A stretch of DNA of 32,000 nt from Candidatus Auribacterota bacterium (GCA_023136205.1 JAGLRQ010000063.1:1-32000), one strand, 5' to 3'. Counted from the first letter of the stretch, positions 23,812 through 32,000 are shown. The notes: a model not told the origin generated them from the letters alone. Numbers and translations: made by a program.

Positions 23812-25020
23812 ATGAGAACGATTTTTTTCTATGTTAAACACATTTCAATGTTGAAGAGTTGGGTTAATCCGATAGCCTTTTTTTTGAAGAAAAAAGGGTA
23901 CAATCTTGTTGTGCTTCATGTTACGAATCTTAATCGTGAAATTGCATCTGTTGGTACAAATATTACAAAAGACTATGAGTTGATAGATATTAGTTATAAG
24001 AGTTCAAAAGCTATCCTGAGAATATTTCAAGAGCATAAACCTATTGGAATGATTGTGCTTACCTTTAGGTCTTTATTTGATCTATTAATAAACAGAATAG
24101 CACAGCAGTGTAATGTGAAAACATTATATTTAGAGCATGGGTTTTTCGCTGATATTACTGCTTTACGCTTTGGGATGGCCAATAAAAAAGCAAGTATTAG
24201 GAGATATTTGCACTTTATCGGAAAATATGTATATTTCATTTTTTTTATTGCTCGAAATATTTTTTTTGAATTGCATATTATATATAGAGCAATGAAGAGA
24301 AACGACTACTCTAAGACACAATACGATTATGCGCTTTTTTATGCCAACTATGGGTTTCAAAAGACAAATAAATTGTTTAAATATGACTCAAAGAAGGTGT
24401 TTTTTTCAGGTTATCCAACAACGAAAAATAAAAGTGATATTAATTGTTTTAAAAAGAATTTGTGTGTGAGTCAACCAAATATAAAGAAAAAAATATTATT
24501 TATTCAGCAACCTTTGCTATTGGATAAGTTATCAAATATTAGTTATGCGGAAGAAGCTCAGTACTTGAGGAAAATTGCTAATATTTCTGCAGAAGCAGGA
24601 TATGAGTTTGTTTTTCAGGTACATCCTAGAGAAAATTCAGATAGGTATGCAGCTGTTTTTAAAGAGTGTGATGGGATTGTTGTAAAAAGCAGTTCTGTTG
24701 AAAAATCAGTTGCTGAAAGTGAAATTGTTTTAGGGCATTTTAGTACCGCTTTATTTTTTGGCGTTGTATTATCTAAGCCAATAATACTTTTATATTATCC
24801 AGGATTAGATGGGCAGTATTTAGACTACTTTAAAATGGTTGGAGTTAAAGCAAGTAATATTAAAGAATTAAGTCAAATTTTGTCTAATCCGAGTATTTAT
24901 TTTAATAAGTCTCAAGAATATGAAGAATTTATCAAAGAATATATAGGGCAAAATAATAGCTTTGAAAATCAGGCACAAATTATTGATGAGATAGTCTGTT
25001 GTTCAACGATTCGCAAATAA
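23812..25020 (+). CDS. Putative CMP-sugar-dependent glycosyltransferase (sialyltransferase/KpsS/TagF-like GT-B)
   Basis: Weak evidence: size, a FQVHPRE (HP) motif in the C-terminal half, ILFIQQP preceding it, and position directly after the CMP-sugar synthetase. Confidence 0.35.
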   Translation: MRTIFFYVKHISMLKSWVNPIAFFLKKKGYNLVVLHVTNLNREIASVGTNITKDYELIDISYKSSKAILRIFQEHKPIGMIVLTFRSLFDLLINRIAQQCNVKTLYLEHGFFADITALRFGMANKKASIRRYLHFIGKYVYFIFFIARNIFFELHIIYRAMKRNDYSKTQYDYALFYANYGFQKTNKLFKYDSKKVFFSGYPTTKNKSDINCFKKNLCVSQPNIKKKILFIQQPLLLDKLSNISYAEEAQYLRKIANISAEAGYEFVFQVHPRENSDRYAAVFKECDGIVVKSSSVEKSVAESEIVLGHFSTALFFGVVLSKPIILLYYPGLDGQYLDYFKMVGVKASNIKELSQILSNPSIYFNKSQEYEEFIKEYIGQNNSFENQAQIIDEIVCCSTIRK

Positions 25021-25098
25021 ACGAATCTTTTTTTCCATCAATTGGCAAGTATTAATATTTGTGCTTGTTTTGTTTTTCTATGTAGGGGGGAATGTGAA

Positions 25099-26076
25099 AT
25101 GAATGTTCTTGTTACCGGTGGAGCCGGAATGATAGGCTCAAATTTAGTTAAAAGGCTTGTTAGCCTTGGATATAACGTTAGGGTTGTTGATAATTTATGG
25201 AGAGGGAAATTAGAGTATCTAAATGGCGAAGATGGAAATCCTATTATAGATTTAGATAAAGATTTTTATAATAGGGATTTATCTATTCCTAATTGTTGCG
25301 ATAATTTATTTGAAAATGTTGATTATGTTTTTCATCTTGCCGATATTGTTGCCGGTATTGGATATGTTTTTAATAACCAGGGGAGCATATTTCGTCAAAA
25401 TATGCTTATAAACTCAAATGTAATTAATGCTGTTCGCAACTATCCTATCAAAGGGCTTATTTATGTTGGCACAGCGTGTAGTTTCCCTGCTAAGCTGCAA
25501 TCAGGTGTTGAAGCGCGTCCGCTTAAAGAAGAAGATCAATATCCTGCTGCGCCTGAATCTGCCTACGGGTGGAGCAAGTTAATGGGAGAGTATGAGGCGC
25601 TTTTAATGGAACAGGAAACACATATCCCTGTTTCAATTCTTGTGCTCCATAATGTTTATGGTACCCCTTGCGATTATGGGAAAGAGAAAAGTCAGGTTAT
25701 TCCTTCGCTTGTACGGAAAGCAATCCGCTGTCCGGAAGAACCCTTTATTGTGTGGGGAAGCGGAGAACAGGGCAGAGCGTTTGTTCATGTGGATGACGTG
25801 GTTGATGCCCTAATTTTAACGATGCAAAAAGGGTTAGGGCGTGGAGTTATTCAAATCGGGCCGGATGTTTGCACTTCTATCAAAACGATAGCTGAAACCA
25901 TTGTTGAAATTTCTGGAAAAAACATTGATATTATATATGATACGAGTAAGCCTGAAGGAGATAAAGGGCGTTGCGCGGATTACGGCAAAGCCAGGGATAT
26001 TTTAGGATGGAGCCCAAAAGTTGAATTTCGAGTTGGGCTGGAAAGGTTATACAATTGGATTGAAAAGCGAATGTAA
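25099..26076 (+). CDS. Extended-SDR NDP-sugar epimerase (Fcl/GME-like)
   Basis: ATG at 25099 after GGGGGG. VLVTGGAGMIGSNL, GTACSFPAK (a Cys-containing motif as in Fcl GSSCIYPK) and YGWSK (YxxxK). Confidence 0.7.
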   Translation: MNVLVTGGAGMIGSNLVKRLVSLGYNVRVVDNLWRGKLEYLNGEDGNPIIDLDKDFYNRDLSIPNCCDNLFENVDYVFHLADIVAGIGYVFNNQGSIFRQNMLINSNVINAVRNYPIKGLIYVGTACSFPAKLQSGVEARPLKEEDQYPAAPESAYGWSKLMGEYEALLMEQETHIPVSILVLHNVYGTPCDYGKEKSQVIPSLVRKAIRCPEEPFIVWGSGEQGRAFVHVDDVVDALILTMQKGLGRGVIQIGPDVCTSIKTIAETIVEISGKNIDIIYDTSKPEGDKGRCADYGKARDILGWSPKVEFRVGLERLYNWIEKRM

Positions 26077-26081
26077 AAATT

Positions 26082-26897
26082 ATGGCTCAAAATAGAAAGT
26101 TCAAAAGTTTTAATTTTTTAGGAGTAGATGTTTGCGCTCTTACTTATGGTGATCTATTTAAGTCAGTTGATACATGGCTAAAAGATAAAGAATCAAGGTC
26201 TCACCATATATCTATAATTAATGCCTACTGCTCGACGTTGGCTTTTAAAAATCTTAGACTTGCGGAAATATATAACAAAGCGGATTTAATTGGTCCGGAC
26301 GGTATGCCGTTTGTTTATTGGTTAAAGTTGTTCCTGGGAAAGCCATGTGATCAGTTTGATGCTTCCAGTATACTTATTAAACTCGCTGAAAAAGCGAAAA
26401 AAACGAATTATACATTTTATCTTTATGGCGGATATCCTGTAGTTTTGGAGAATATGAAGAAAAATATAGAAACCCAATATCCCTATATTAAAATTGTAGG
26501 ATGTATGTCGCCCCCTTTTCGGGTATTGACGGAGGGCGAAGACAGAAAAATATGTGAAGAAATCAACAGATTAAAACCGGATATTATTTGCGTAGGGCTG
26601 GGAACCCCGAAACAAGATTATTGGATCAATGAGCATATTACGAAGATAAAAGGATCTGTAATGGTTCCCTGTGGTGCGATATTTGATTTTTTTGGCGGTA
26701 GGATAAAGCGCGCGCCTGGTTTTATAAGTAAAATGGGGATAGAATGGCTGTATCGGTTATTTAGCAAAGATTTTAAAAGATTATGGTATCGATATACAGT
26801 GCTGAATATCGTTTTTTTGTGGAATTTTTTTCTTCAATTGAGCGGGATTAAAAGAATTAAGGAAAAAACTAAAAAGGTAGATAAGGGTGGCCTGTAG
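26082..26897 (+). CDS. WecG/TagA/CpsF-family (GT26) glycosyltransferase
   Basis: IINAYCSTLA..., LIGPDGMPFVYW, GLGTPKQDYW and EWLYRL. Confidence 0.8.
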   Translation: MAQNRKFKSFNFLGVDVCALTYGDLFKSVDTWLKDKESRSHHISIINAYCSTLAFKNLRLAEIYNKADLIGPDGMPFVYWLKLFLGKPCDQFDASSILIKLAEKAKKTNYTFYLYGGYPVVLENMKKNIETQYPYIKIVGCMSPPFRVLTEGEDRKICEEINRLKPDIICVGLGTPKQDYWINEHITKIKGSVMVPCGAIFDFFGGRIKRAPGFISKMGIEWLYRLFSKDFKRLWYRYTVLNIVFLWNFFLQLSGIKRIKEKTKKVDKGGL

Positions 26898-26907
26898 TTC
26901 ATTGCGA

Positions 26908-29319
26908 TTATTGAAAGTTGATTTCAAACCAGGGTGTGTTTGAGTTTTTTGTAGAGAATGTAAGTGTGTTACCCTCTATGTGAGTTTCTATTTGTCTGCT
27001 TTTATTTCCTTGTTGATCAATTTCATAAATTTTGCAGTTTTTATTTACAAGCAAAGAGATCGTTATGTCCATCTTTTTTAGCAGTATTGGATTTTTCCCC
27101 CAATTAAACCTTTCGTTTTTCCAGCCACTGTCTTTGTTTTTTATTTCACTTATGGTAATAACAATTAGTTGTTTTGATTTCTGGATGAGTTTGTTTTCGG
27201 GAGAATATAAAAAGACAGCACCGTCTTGTTTGGAAGTTATGGTAATAGGTCCCAACCGGTAGGTTTTATTTTTAATGAAGCCGCTTACCCCTTTTATTTG
27301 AGGAGAAGTAAGTTTAAAAACACTGTTTTTAACAGATGTTTCTGATTGTGCGTTATGAAAAATAAGGCTGCCAACTGAATAAAGGATTAATTGTTGTGGG
27401 TTGGCGATAATGTCAAAATATCTTTGAATATCATCAAATTTAGGATTAAATTTCCAACCATGGCTGTAAGAATATTGGAATAGGCCATCCCAGTTGTTTT
27501 CTGCGGCATAGGTAGCAACAAGAGCAGGAGTTTCGTAGGCATATTGGTTGGGGTAGCAATGGTTCCATTCGGTGATTGTATAGGGCTGTGAGTTGTGACC
27601 TATGAGTTGTGGGCTTCTTCGCAAAATGTTTCCAATTATTCCTAAGTTCTTGTCTTTAATTATTGATTTATTGTGGATTCTAAAGTCATTTCTATCCCAG
27701 CGTTTGTTAGGAAATCGAGGATGATCCCAGTAAGCGTGGGTATCAATAAAATCACAAGCTTCTTGTGTTGATATGTCTGCTGGCCTTGTATATCCACCAA
27801 TACCGGTAATGGGAATTTTTACGTTAAGAGTGCTCTTTAAATAATTTGTCATATCATCAATGTAGTGTTTTTGAAGGCTAATATAAAATAATTCAATATC
27901 TTTGGTTCTTTTTTTTGAATATATGAATTTTTGTGTATAAGATGGGCGGATAAAGTTAAATTTAGTAAGTTTTTTTTCCTCTTTGGTAATGCCGATTGCT
28001 GATTTTTTTCTAAGTTGTATCTTTTCTAAAAAGATATTTCCTTTTGTTTTTCCCAGAGCAAAGGTAAAGCGGCTCTTTTGAAAATTTTGGTTAGATCTAA
28101 AAAAGAATTGAAACTTTTTCCATTCATCAGTCAATATAATTTCTTCGGCAAATCCTAAATTTTTATAAGGTAAGACATTTTGAATAATCCAAAGCGCGGC
28201 TTCAGCTTTTTGATTAGTTTTTGCTTTAAAACTGATTTCATATAGTGCATCTTTTTCTAAGGGGAAATTTATTTGTTTAAATTGAAGATGCCAGCGAAGA
28301 TCAGAGTTTGTTGGTATCTGAAGATGAAAGACATTTTCAGACTTCACAGCAGAAAACTCTGTATCCTGGTGTTTTTCTAAGATCCACGAATTTAAATCAT
28401 CGGAATTCTTAAGAAGGTTTTCGCGGGAGATAATTTCTTTGATTTGTATTTTCCATTCTTCTTTTATTTGCTCAATAGTTTTATACTTTTCTTTTAACCA
28501 TTGATTCCATTTTTTATCCAACATTTTTAAATAATATACAGGTAAGGACTTTTCATTCCCATAATCCAAAATCCCCTTTTTCCATGATTGAATTATAGAA
28601 TTTTCATTGGTAACTTCTATCAAAGCAATTGCAGGATCATCGCAATATCTTAATTTTGTATAAGGATTGTAATGGGTTAGCAAGTCCTTGGCGTATTTTT
28701 TTTGAAGCTCTATTAATTTGGGATCAAACATTGACACAGGTTTTGTGGACATTCCAAAGCTTTTAGCATCTATCAGTCCGTCAGCTTCGGTAAAATGCCT
28801 TGAAACAAGCAGGTTCATGTCTATATAAATACCTTGTTGTTTTAATTGATAGATTAGATAATCGAGCCTGTCTAATTGGTTTTCGCTTAAATGTCCGGTT
28901 TCTTTCAGTTGGGGGTTTTTGTAAGCAGGGCAGATATCTTCAAATATGCCCCGTGGTTCAAAAGCGGAATCCATATGATGAAAACGGACAGCGTTAAAGC
29001 CGAAAAAGGCAAGGCGTTCAGCCATCAGTTCTGCCTGTTTTTTAGATGGGAAGCAGGCGTTGAAAGTGAGATTTGTTCCCCAGAATCTGGCTCGTGTACC
29101 GTCCTCAAAATAAAAATGGCTGTCTTTAACCGTAACAAAGCCATGTTTGCCGGCAGGTCGATCCAGAACGAGTTTACCTATATTAGCTGGAGAGTTAGGG
29201 CCTAATTTTTCTGAAAGGACAAAAGGAAACCACTCAGCGTTATCATTTTGTTCGCATTTAGATACTGATGGAATGAAAAAGAGGAGTAATAGGATAAAAA
29301 GTAAGCGGTTGATTTTCAT
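26908..29319 (-). CDS. Secreted clan GH-A (GH5-like TIM barrel) glycoside hydrolase with an internal CBM4/9-like module
   Basis: Signal peptide MKINRLLFILLLLFFIPSVSKC. FWGTNLTF...FGFNAVRFHHMD, acid/base-type VTNENS, nucleophile-type ITEWNH, and a central beta-sandwich-like segment (NLLKNSDDLNSW...WHLQF...). Confidence 0.65.
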   Translation of the reverse strand: MKINRLLFILLLLFFIPSVSKCEQNDNAEWFPFVLSEKLGPNSPANIGKLVLDRPAGKHGFVTVKDSHFYFEDGTRARFWGTNLTFNACFPSKKQAELMAERLAFFGFNAVRFHHMDSAFEPRGIFEDICPAYKNPQLKETGHLSENQLDRLDYLIYQLKQQGIYIDMNLLVSRHFTEADGLIDAKSFGMSTKPVSMFDPKLIELQKKYAKDLLTHYNPYTKLRYCDDPAIALIEVTNENSIIQSWKKGILDYGNEKSLPVYYLKMLDKKWNQWLKEKYKTIEQIKEEWKIQIKEIISRENLLKNSDDLNSWILEKHQDTEFSAVKSENVFHLQIPTNSDLRWHLQFKQINFPLEKDALYEISFKAKTNQKAEAALWIIQNVLPYKNLGFAEEIILTDEWKKFQFFFRSNQNFQKSRFTFALGKTKGNIFLEKIQLRKKSAIGITKEEKKLTKFNFIRPSYTQKFIYSKKRTKDIELFYISLQKHYIDDMTNYLKSTLNVKIPITGIGGYTRPADISTQEACDFIDTHAYWDHPRFPNKRWDRNDFRIHNKSIIKDKNLGIIGNILRRSPQLIGHNSQPYTITEWNHCYPNQYAYETPALVATYAAENNWDGLFQYSYSHGWKFNPKFDDIQRYFDIIANPQQLILYSVGSLIFHNAQSETSVKNSVFKLTSPQIKGVSGFIKNKTYRLGPITITSKQDGAVFLYSPENKLIQKSKQLIVITISEIKNKDSGWKNERFNWGKNPILLKKMDITISLLVNKNCKIYEIDQQGNKSRQIETHIEGNTLTFSTKNSNTPWFEINFQ

Positions 29320-29393
29320 TATATTTTACTATAACATACACAATATTATTATGCCATGAATTGATATCAACATTAATTTTCAGAGAAGTGGAT

Positions 29394-30284
29394 ATGAATT
29401 TCAAAGAGACAATTAAAAATATGAGGAAGGTTAATCGATTTGACTGGGTGCTTTTTTTAGCTATGGTAATAATGTTTTCTCGTGTGTTTTACCGTTTAGC
29501 TGCTATAGGATGGAAAACCGCTGATTATACCCACGCTTATTTTATTTTACCGATTTCACTCTGGTTTATCTTTAAGAAGAGAAATGCATTAGTTAAAGCT
29601 GAAGGGGTTAGTAAAAGTGGCGCAACCCTTTTTATTTTAGGAGTTGCATCATATCTTTTTGCCGCGCTTAATGAATTTATGTTTTTAGAAGGGTTTTCTT
29701 TTGTTCTTATGATGTGGGCAGTATTTAGATTAAGATTCACAAAAGAGTCTTTCCAGAAAATATTATTTCCTCTTGCTTATCTCTTGTTTCTTGTTCCGCC
29801 GCCCTCACTTGCCATTGATACAGTAACACTTCCTTTAAAGAAAATAAGCACTTACGGAAGTTATTTTTTATTTAAACTGTTCCGGTTTTCGGTTGAAGTT
29901 CATGGAGCTATATTAAAAGTAGGAGAACATGAGCTTTTTATAGCTGATGCCTGCAGTGGTTTCCGTTCAATGGTAACTTTGCTTGCCCTAGGTGCAGTAT
30001 ATGCCTATGTTCAGAATACGTCTTTGTTGAAAAAATGGATAATCTTTCTTTCCGTTATCCCCTTGGGAATTATGGGCAATATTTTAAGAATTACTATTAC
30101 AGGCTGTCTTTCTTATTTTTGCGATCCTAAATACGCGGAAGGATTTTTCCACAATTTTTCAGGAATGGTGCTTTTTGTTTTCACGACAATAGGGCTTATG
30201 ATACTAACTGAATTAATTTGCAAAAAACAGCCGCCGAATACACCGAAAGATATCGAGAAAAGAGTAAAAACTACAAATAAATAG
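29394..30284 (+). CDS. Exosortase (EpsH/Xrt family)
   Basis: Polytopic membrane protein with the catalytic motif ADACSGFRSM, the Arg motif GNILRI and FHNFSGM. ATG at 29394 is preferred to TTG at 29361. Confidence 0.85.
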   Translation: MNFKETIKNMRKVNRFDWVLFLAMVIMFSRVFYRLAAIGWKTADYTHAYFILPISLWFIFKKRNALVKAEGVSKSGATLFILGVASYLFAALNEFMFLEGFSFVLMMWAVFRLRFTKESFQKILFPLAYLLFLVPPPSLAIDTVTLPLKKISTYGSYFLFKLFRFSVEVHGAILKVGEHELFIADACSGFRSMVTLLALGAVYAYVQNTSLLKKWIIFLSVIPLGIMGNILRITITGCLSYFCDPKYAEGFFHNFSGMVLFVFTTIGLMILTELICKKQPPNTPKDIEKRVKTTNK

Positions 30285-30285
30285 T
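30229..30285. repeat. 57-bp direct repeat, copy 1 (the 3' end of the exosortase CDS including its stop)
   Basis: AGCCGCCGAATACACCGAAAGATATCGAGAAAAGAGTAAAAACTACAAATAAATAGT. It recurs at 31110-31166 with 3 substitutions. Confidence 0.9.
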
Positions 30286-30331
30286 GATAATAGGGACAGA
30301 TCAGATTTATTGGCGCGCAAAGATAATTTAT

Positions 30332-30354
30332 GACCTGTAATTAATAAACAGGTC
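30332..30354 (+). terminator. Weak hairpin downstream of the exosortase gene
   Basis: GACCTGT / ACAGGTC 7-bp stem with a 9-nt loop, followed by TTTCCT. The T-tract is poor. Confidence 0.3.
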
Positions 30355-30361
30355 TTTCCTG

Positions 30362-30390
30362 TTGACAAAGTTGTATCTAATAAATAAAAT
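30362..30390 (+). promoter_or_regulatory. Sigma70-type promoter for the PEP-CTERM gene
   Basis: TTGACA (30362-30367), a 17-nt spacer, then TAAAAT (30385-30390). The ATG at 30431 is preceded by AAGAGGATGGGG. Confidence 0.5.
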
Positions 30391-30430
30391 TAATTTTTTA
30401 AAACTAACTTTTAAAAGAGGATGGGGTATT

Positions 30431-30991
30431 ATGAAAAGCATTAAATGGGCTATGGTTTTACTTACAGTATTAGTTTTGAGTACTCCTAATGCTAATGCGG
30501 GTACATACAGTGATAGAGTAAATTTTACCCCTGGTACATATCTTGGCTGGCCTGCTCCTTGGGAACATACTATATCAGAAATTCCGTCGGGTGAAGTTGT
30601 GGTTTCAGCAAATATTGAATTGGAAGCAAAAGTTTGGGATTGGGGCTCCGCGTACGGAGGGTTTCCTTTGCTTGCCAGTGACTCGAATGTTTTTGTTTTG
30701 AATAATGAGCATGGCGTTTCAGCGTTAACTACATGGACACATCCAAGCTCGAGCTCTTTTTACACCATTACTGCCGCTTTAAAGCCTAATCAAGTCGATT
30801 GGCTGGCCAATGATAACAATATACATTTTGAAGTGTATCCGTGGAATGGTGCTTATTATTTAGATCACGCAACTTTAAACGTAATAACAACCCCCGAACC
30901 CATATCGATGGTACTATTTCCTGTCGGCGCCGCTGTTTTGGGATTTTTCAAAAGAAGAAAAATCAAAGAGAAATTTTTTAGGAAGAAATAA
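30431..30991 (+). CDS. PEP-CTERM sorting-domain protein (exosortase substrate)
   Basis: Signal peptide MKSIKWAMVLLTVLVLSTPNANA. C-terminal TTPEPISMVLFPVGAAVLGFFKRRK, which is a PEP motif, a TM helix and a basic cluster. Confidence 0.85.
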   Translation: MKSIKWAMVLLTVLVLSTPNANAGTYSDRVNFTPGTYLGWPAPWEHTISEIPSGEVVVSANIELEAKVWDWGSAYGGFPLLASDSNVFVLNNEHGVSALTTWTHPSSSSFYTITAALKPNQVDWLANDNNIHFEVYPWNGAYYLDHATLNVITTPEPISMVLFPVGAAVLGFFKRRKIKEKFFRKK

Positions 30992-31109
30992 CCTGATTTA
31001 CATCTTGCCGCGGCCGGTTTACTTCTGGAAATGGTTTGATCAAAACTGTCTTCTTATGGTGTTGGGCGAATACAGGCCCTTTTAAAATAACGGGGCAATA
31101 GAGATTGTG

Positions 31110-31166
31110 AGCCGCCAAATACACCGAAAGACACCGAGAAAAGAGTAAAAACTACAAATAAATAGT
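31110..31166. repeat. 57-bp direct repeat, copy 2 (orphan copy of the exosortase 3' end)
   Basis: AGCCGCCAAATACACCGAAAGACACCGAGAAAAGAGTAAAAACTACAAATAAATAGT. An in-frame stop lies just upstream, so it is not part of a live ORF. Confidence 0.9.
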
Positions 31167-31193
31167 ATTAAATATTTTCAAAAAATATAATAA

Positions 31194-31263
31194 TTTTTCG
31201 GTGCAATTCGGTGTATTCGGTGGCTAAAAGAAGGTTTGTATCTGTATCAGTGCAATTTAGCAT
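31194..31263. repeat. Left direct repeat of the GxxExxY cassette (family E)
   Basis: TTTTTCGGTGCAATTCGGTGTATTCGGTGGCTAAAAGAAGGTTTGTATCTGTATCAGTGCAATTTAGCAT, with internal approximately 9-nt ATTCGGYG units. Confidence 0.85.
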
Positions 31264-31283
31264 ATTCGGCGGCTAAAAAAACA

Positions 31284-31676
31284 ATGAGAATTGCCCAAAA
31301 GAATATTTTGAATAAAGATCTAAGCGATAAAATTATTGGGGCCGCTCTTAATGTATATAACATATTGGGGCGTGGCTTCTTAGAGAAAGTGTATGAAAAC
31401 GCGTTATGTCTTGAGTTAAAAAGATCCAATATTCCCTATGAATGTCAGAAGCAAATAAAAGTGTTGTACCGGGAACAAATGGTAGGAGATTATATTTCTG
31501 ATATTGTTGTCGATAATAAAATTATTTTAGAAGTTAAAGCAACGCTTGAAACCCCGGGTTACCATGAAGCTCAGATACTCAATTATCTAAAAGCAACAGG
31601 GTTTAATTTGGGATATTTGTTAAACTTTGGGAGTAAAGACAAACTGTATTTTAAACGATTTGTTTTTTCGGTGTAA
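31284..31676 (+). CDS. GxxExxY protein (PD-(D/E)XK-like small protein family)
   Basis: ATG at 31284. The motif GFLEKVY fits GxxExxY, then DIVVDNKIILEVKA (a D..E.K nuclease-like core). About 130 aa. Confidence 0.8.
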   Translation: MRIAQKNILNKDLSDKIIGAALNVYNILGRGFLEKVYENALCLELKRSNIPYECQKQIKVLYREQMVGDYISDIVVDNKIILEVKATLETPGYHEAQILNYLKATGFNLGYLLNFGSKDKLYFKRFVFSV

Positions 31677-31730
31677 TTCGGCGTATTCGGAGGCTAAAAA
31701 AGTTTGTATCTGTATCGGTACTTTCAGCAT
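31664..31730. repeat. Right direct repeat of the GxxExxY cassette (family E)
   Basis: TTTTTCGGTGTAATTCGGCGTATTCGGAGGCTAAAAAAGTTTGTATCTGTATCGGTACTTTCAGCAT, offset 470 bp from the left copy. It overlaps the last codons and the stop of the GxxExxY CDS. Confidence 0.85.
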
Positions 31731-31748
31731 CTAAAAAGGTATCTATCA

Positions 31749-32000
31749 ATGGATAAAAAATCTTTAATTCGAGATATAATAATGGTTCTACTAATGCTTG
31801 GCGCGGCATTGTATGTATTTACTCACCCGGCGGAGAAACAATCACCGGAAGAAAAAATAAACCTGTCTTCCCTTATCCCTGCTGCATTCAATGATTGGAT
31901 AAGCAAAACCTATGACACCTCTGATTACAAAGATAAATGGCAGTCCATAAACGAGCTTCTTGTAAGAGATTATTATGAAAAAGGCAAAGGAAGAAGATTG
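31749..32000 (+). CDS. EpsI-family exosortase-associated protein, N-terminal part (3' end outside window)
   Basis: Not in the ORF track because it runs off the window. The ATG at 31749 opens 84 codons to the edge. It has one TM segment (IIMVLLMLGAALYVF), then ...IPAAFNDWISKTYD...LLVRDYY, the EpsI-like pattern. Confidence 0.55.
   Translation, partial: MDKKSLIRDIIMVLLMLGAALYVFTHPAEKQSPEEKINLSSLIPAAFNDWISKTYDTSDYKDKWQSINELLVRDYYEKGKGRRL

Noticed and set aside
30229-31730. An integron-like gene-cassette array, with single promoterless ORFs each followed by a repeat containing imperfect inverted symmetry.
   Set aside because: There is no intI integrase or attI. The repeats lack the RYYYAAC/GTTRRRY attC core. 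The PEP-CTERM cassette has its own promoter. The cassette idea is retained only as a generic repeat-mediated insertion hypothesis.

Overview
All family calls here come from reading motifs by eye; no searches were run. The window is an almost entirely plus-strand exopolysaccharide (EPS) biosynthesis and export locus of the PEP-CTERM/exosortase type, from a diderm, fairly AT-rich, probably environmental bacterium.

Gene order:
- rodZ (5' end outside the window), an outer-membrane beta-barrel protein, a Wza-like exporter and a Wzz/BY-kinase-like co-polymerase.
- A roughly 6-kb accessory insert (about 5.26-11.45 kb): an AbiEi-AbiEii pair overlapping a secreted PLD nuclease-like protein with two winged helices, a second AbiE pair in reversed gene order, and an MNT-HepT pair.
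- A PiT-family permease, then gmd and fcl.
- A visibly more AT-rich variable core: Wzx flippase, two sulfotransferases, a Wzy-like polymerase, GT2, GT4, a NeuB-like synthase, a NeuA-HAD phosphatase fusion, a putative CMP-sugar transferase, an SDR epimerase and GT26.
- A secreted clan GH-A glycanase, the only minus-strand gene.
- Exosortase, one PEP-CTERM substrate, a GxxExxY protein and the start of EpsI.

The least explained content is non-coding. At least five unrelated families of micro-iterated intergenic repeats sit at cassette boundaries:
- Family A: 32-bp-period CGTCC/AGCGAG tandem arrays at six junctions, all in one orientation.
- Family B: GGTGACTT-rich modules, one carrying a perfect sigma70 consensus promoter.
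- Family C: ACGAGATAC modules.
- Family D: a 32-nt-period CGTAACCGAAAAACGATAA array.
- Family E: ATTCGGYG units.

Small orphan genes are bracketed by 57-90 bp direct repeats and split normally adjacent gene pairs (gmd|fcl, exosortase|EpsI). These are the second four-helix-bundle gene, the GxxExxY gene and the PEP-CTERM gene. Both four-helix-bundle genes are followed, from their stop codon, by a 32-nt-period array. No integrase, transposase, CRISPR array, tRNA or rRNA was recognised.
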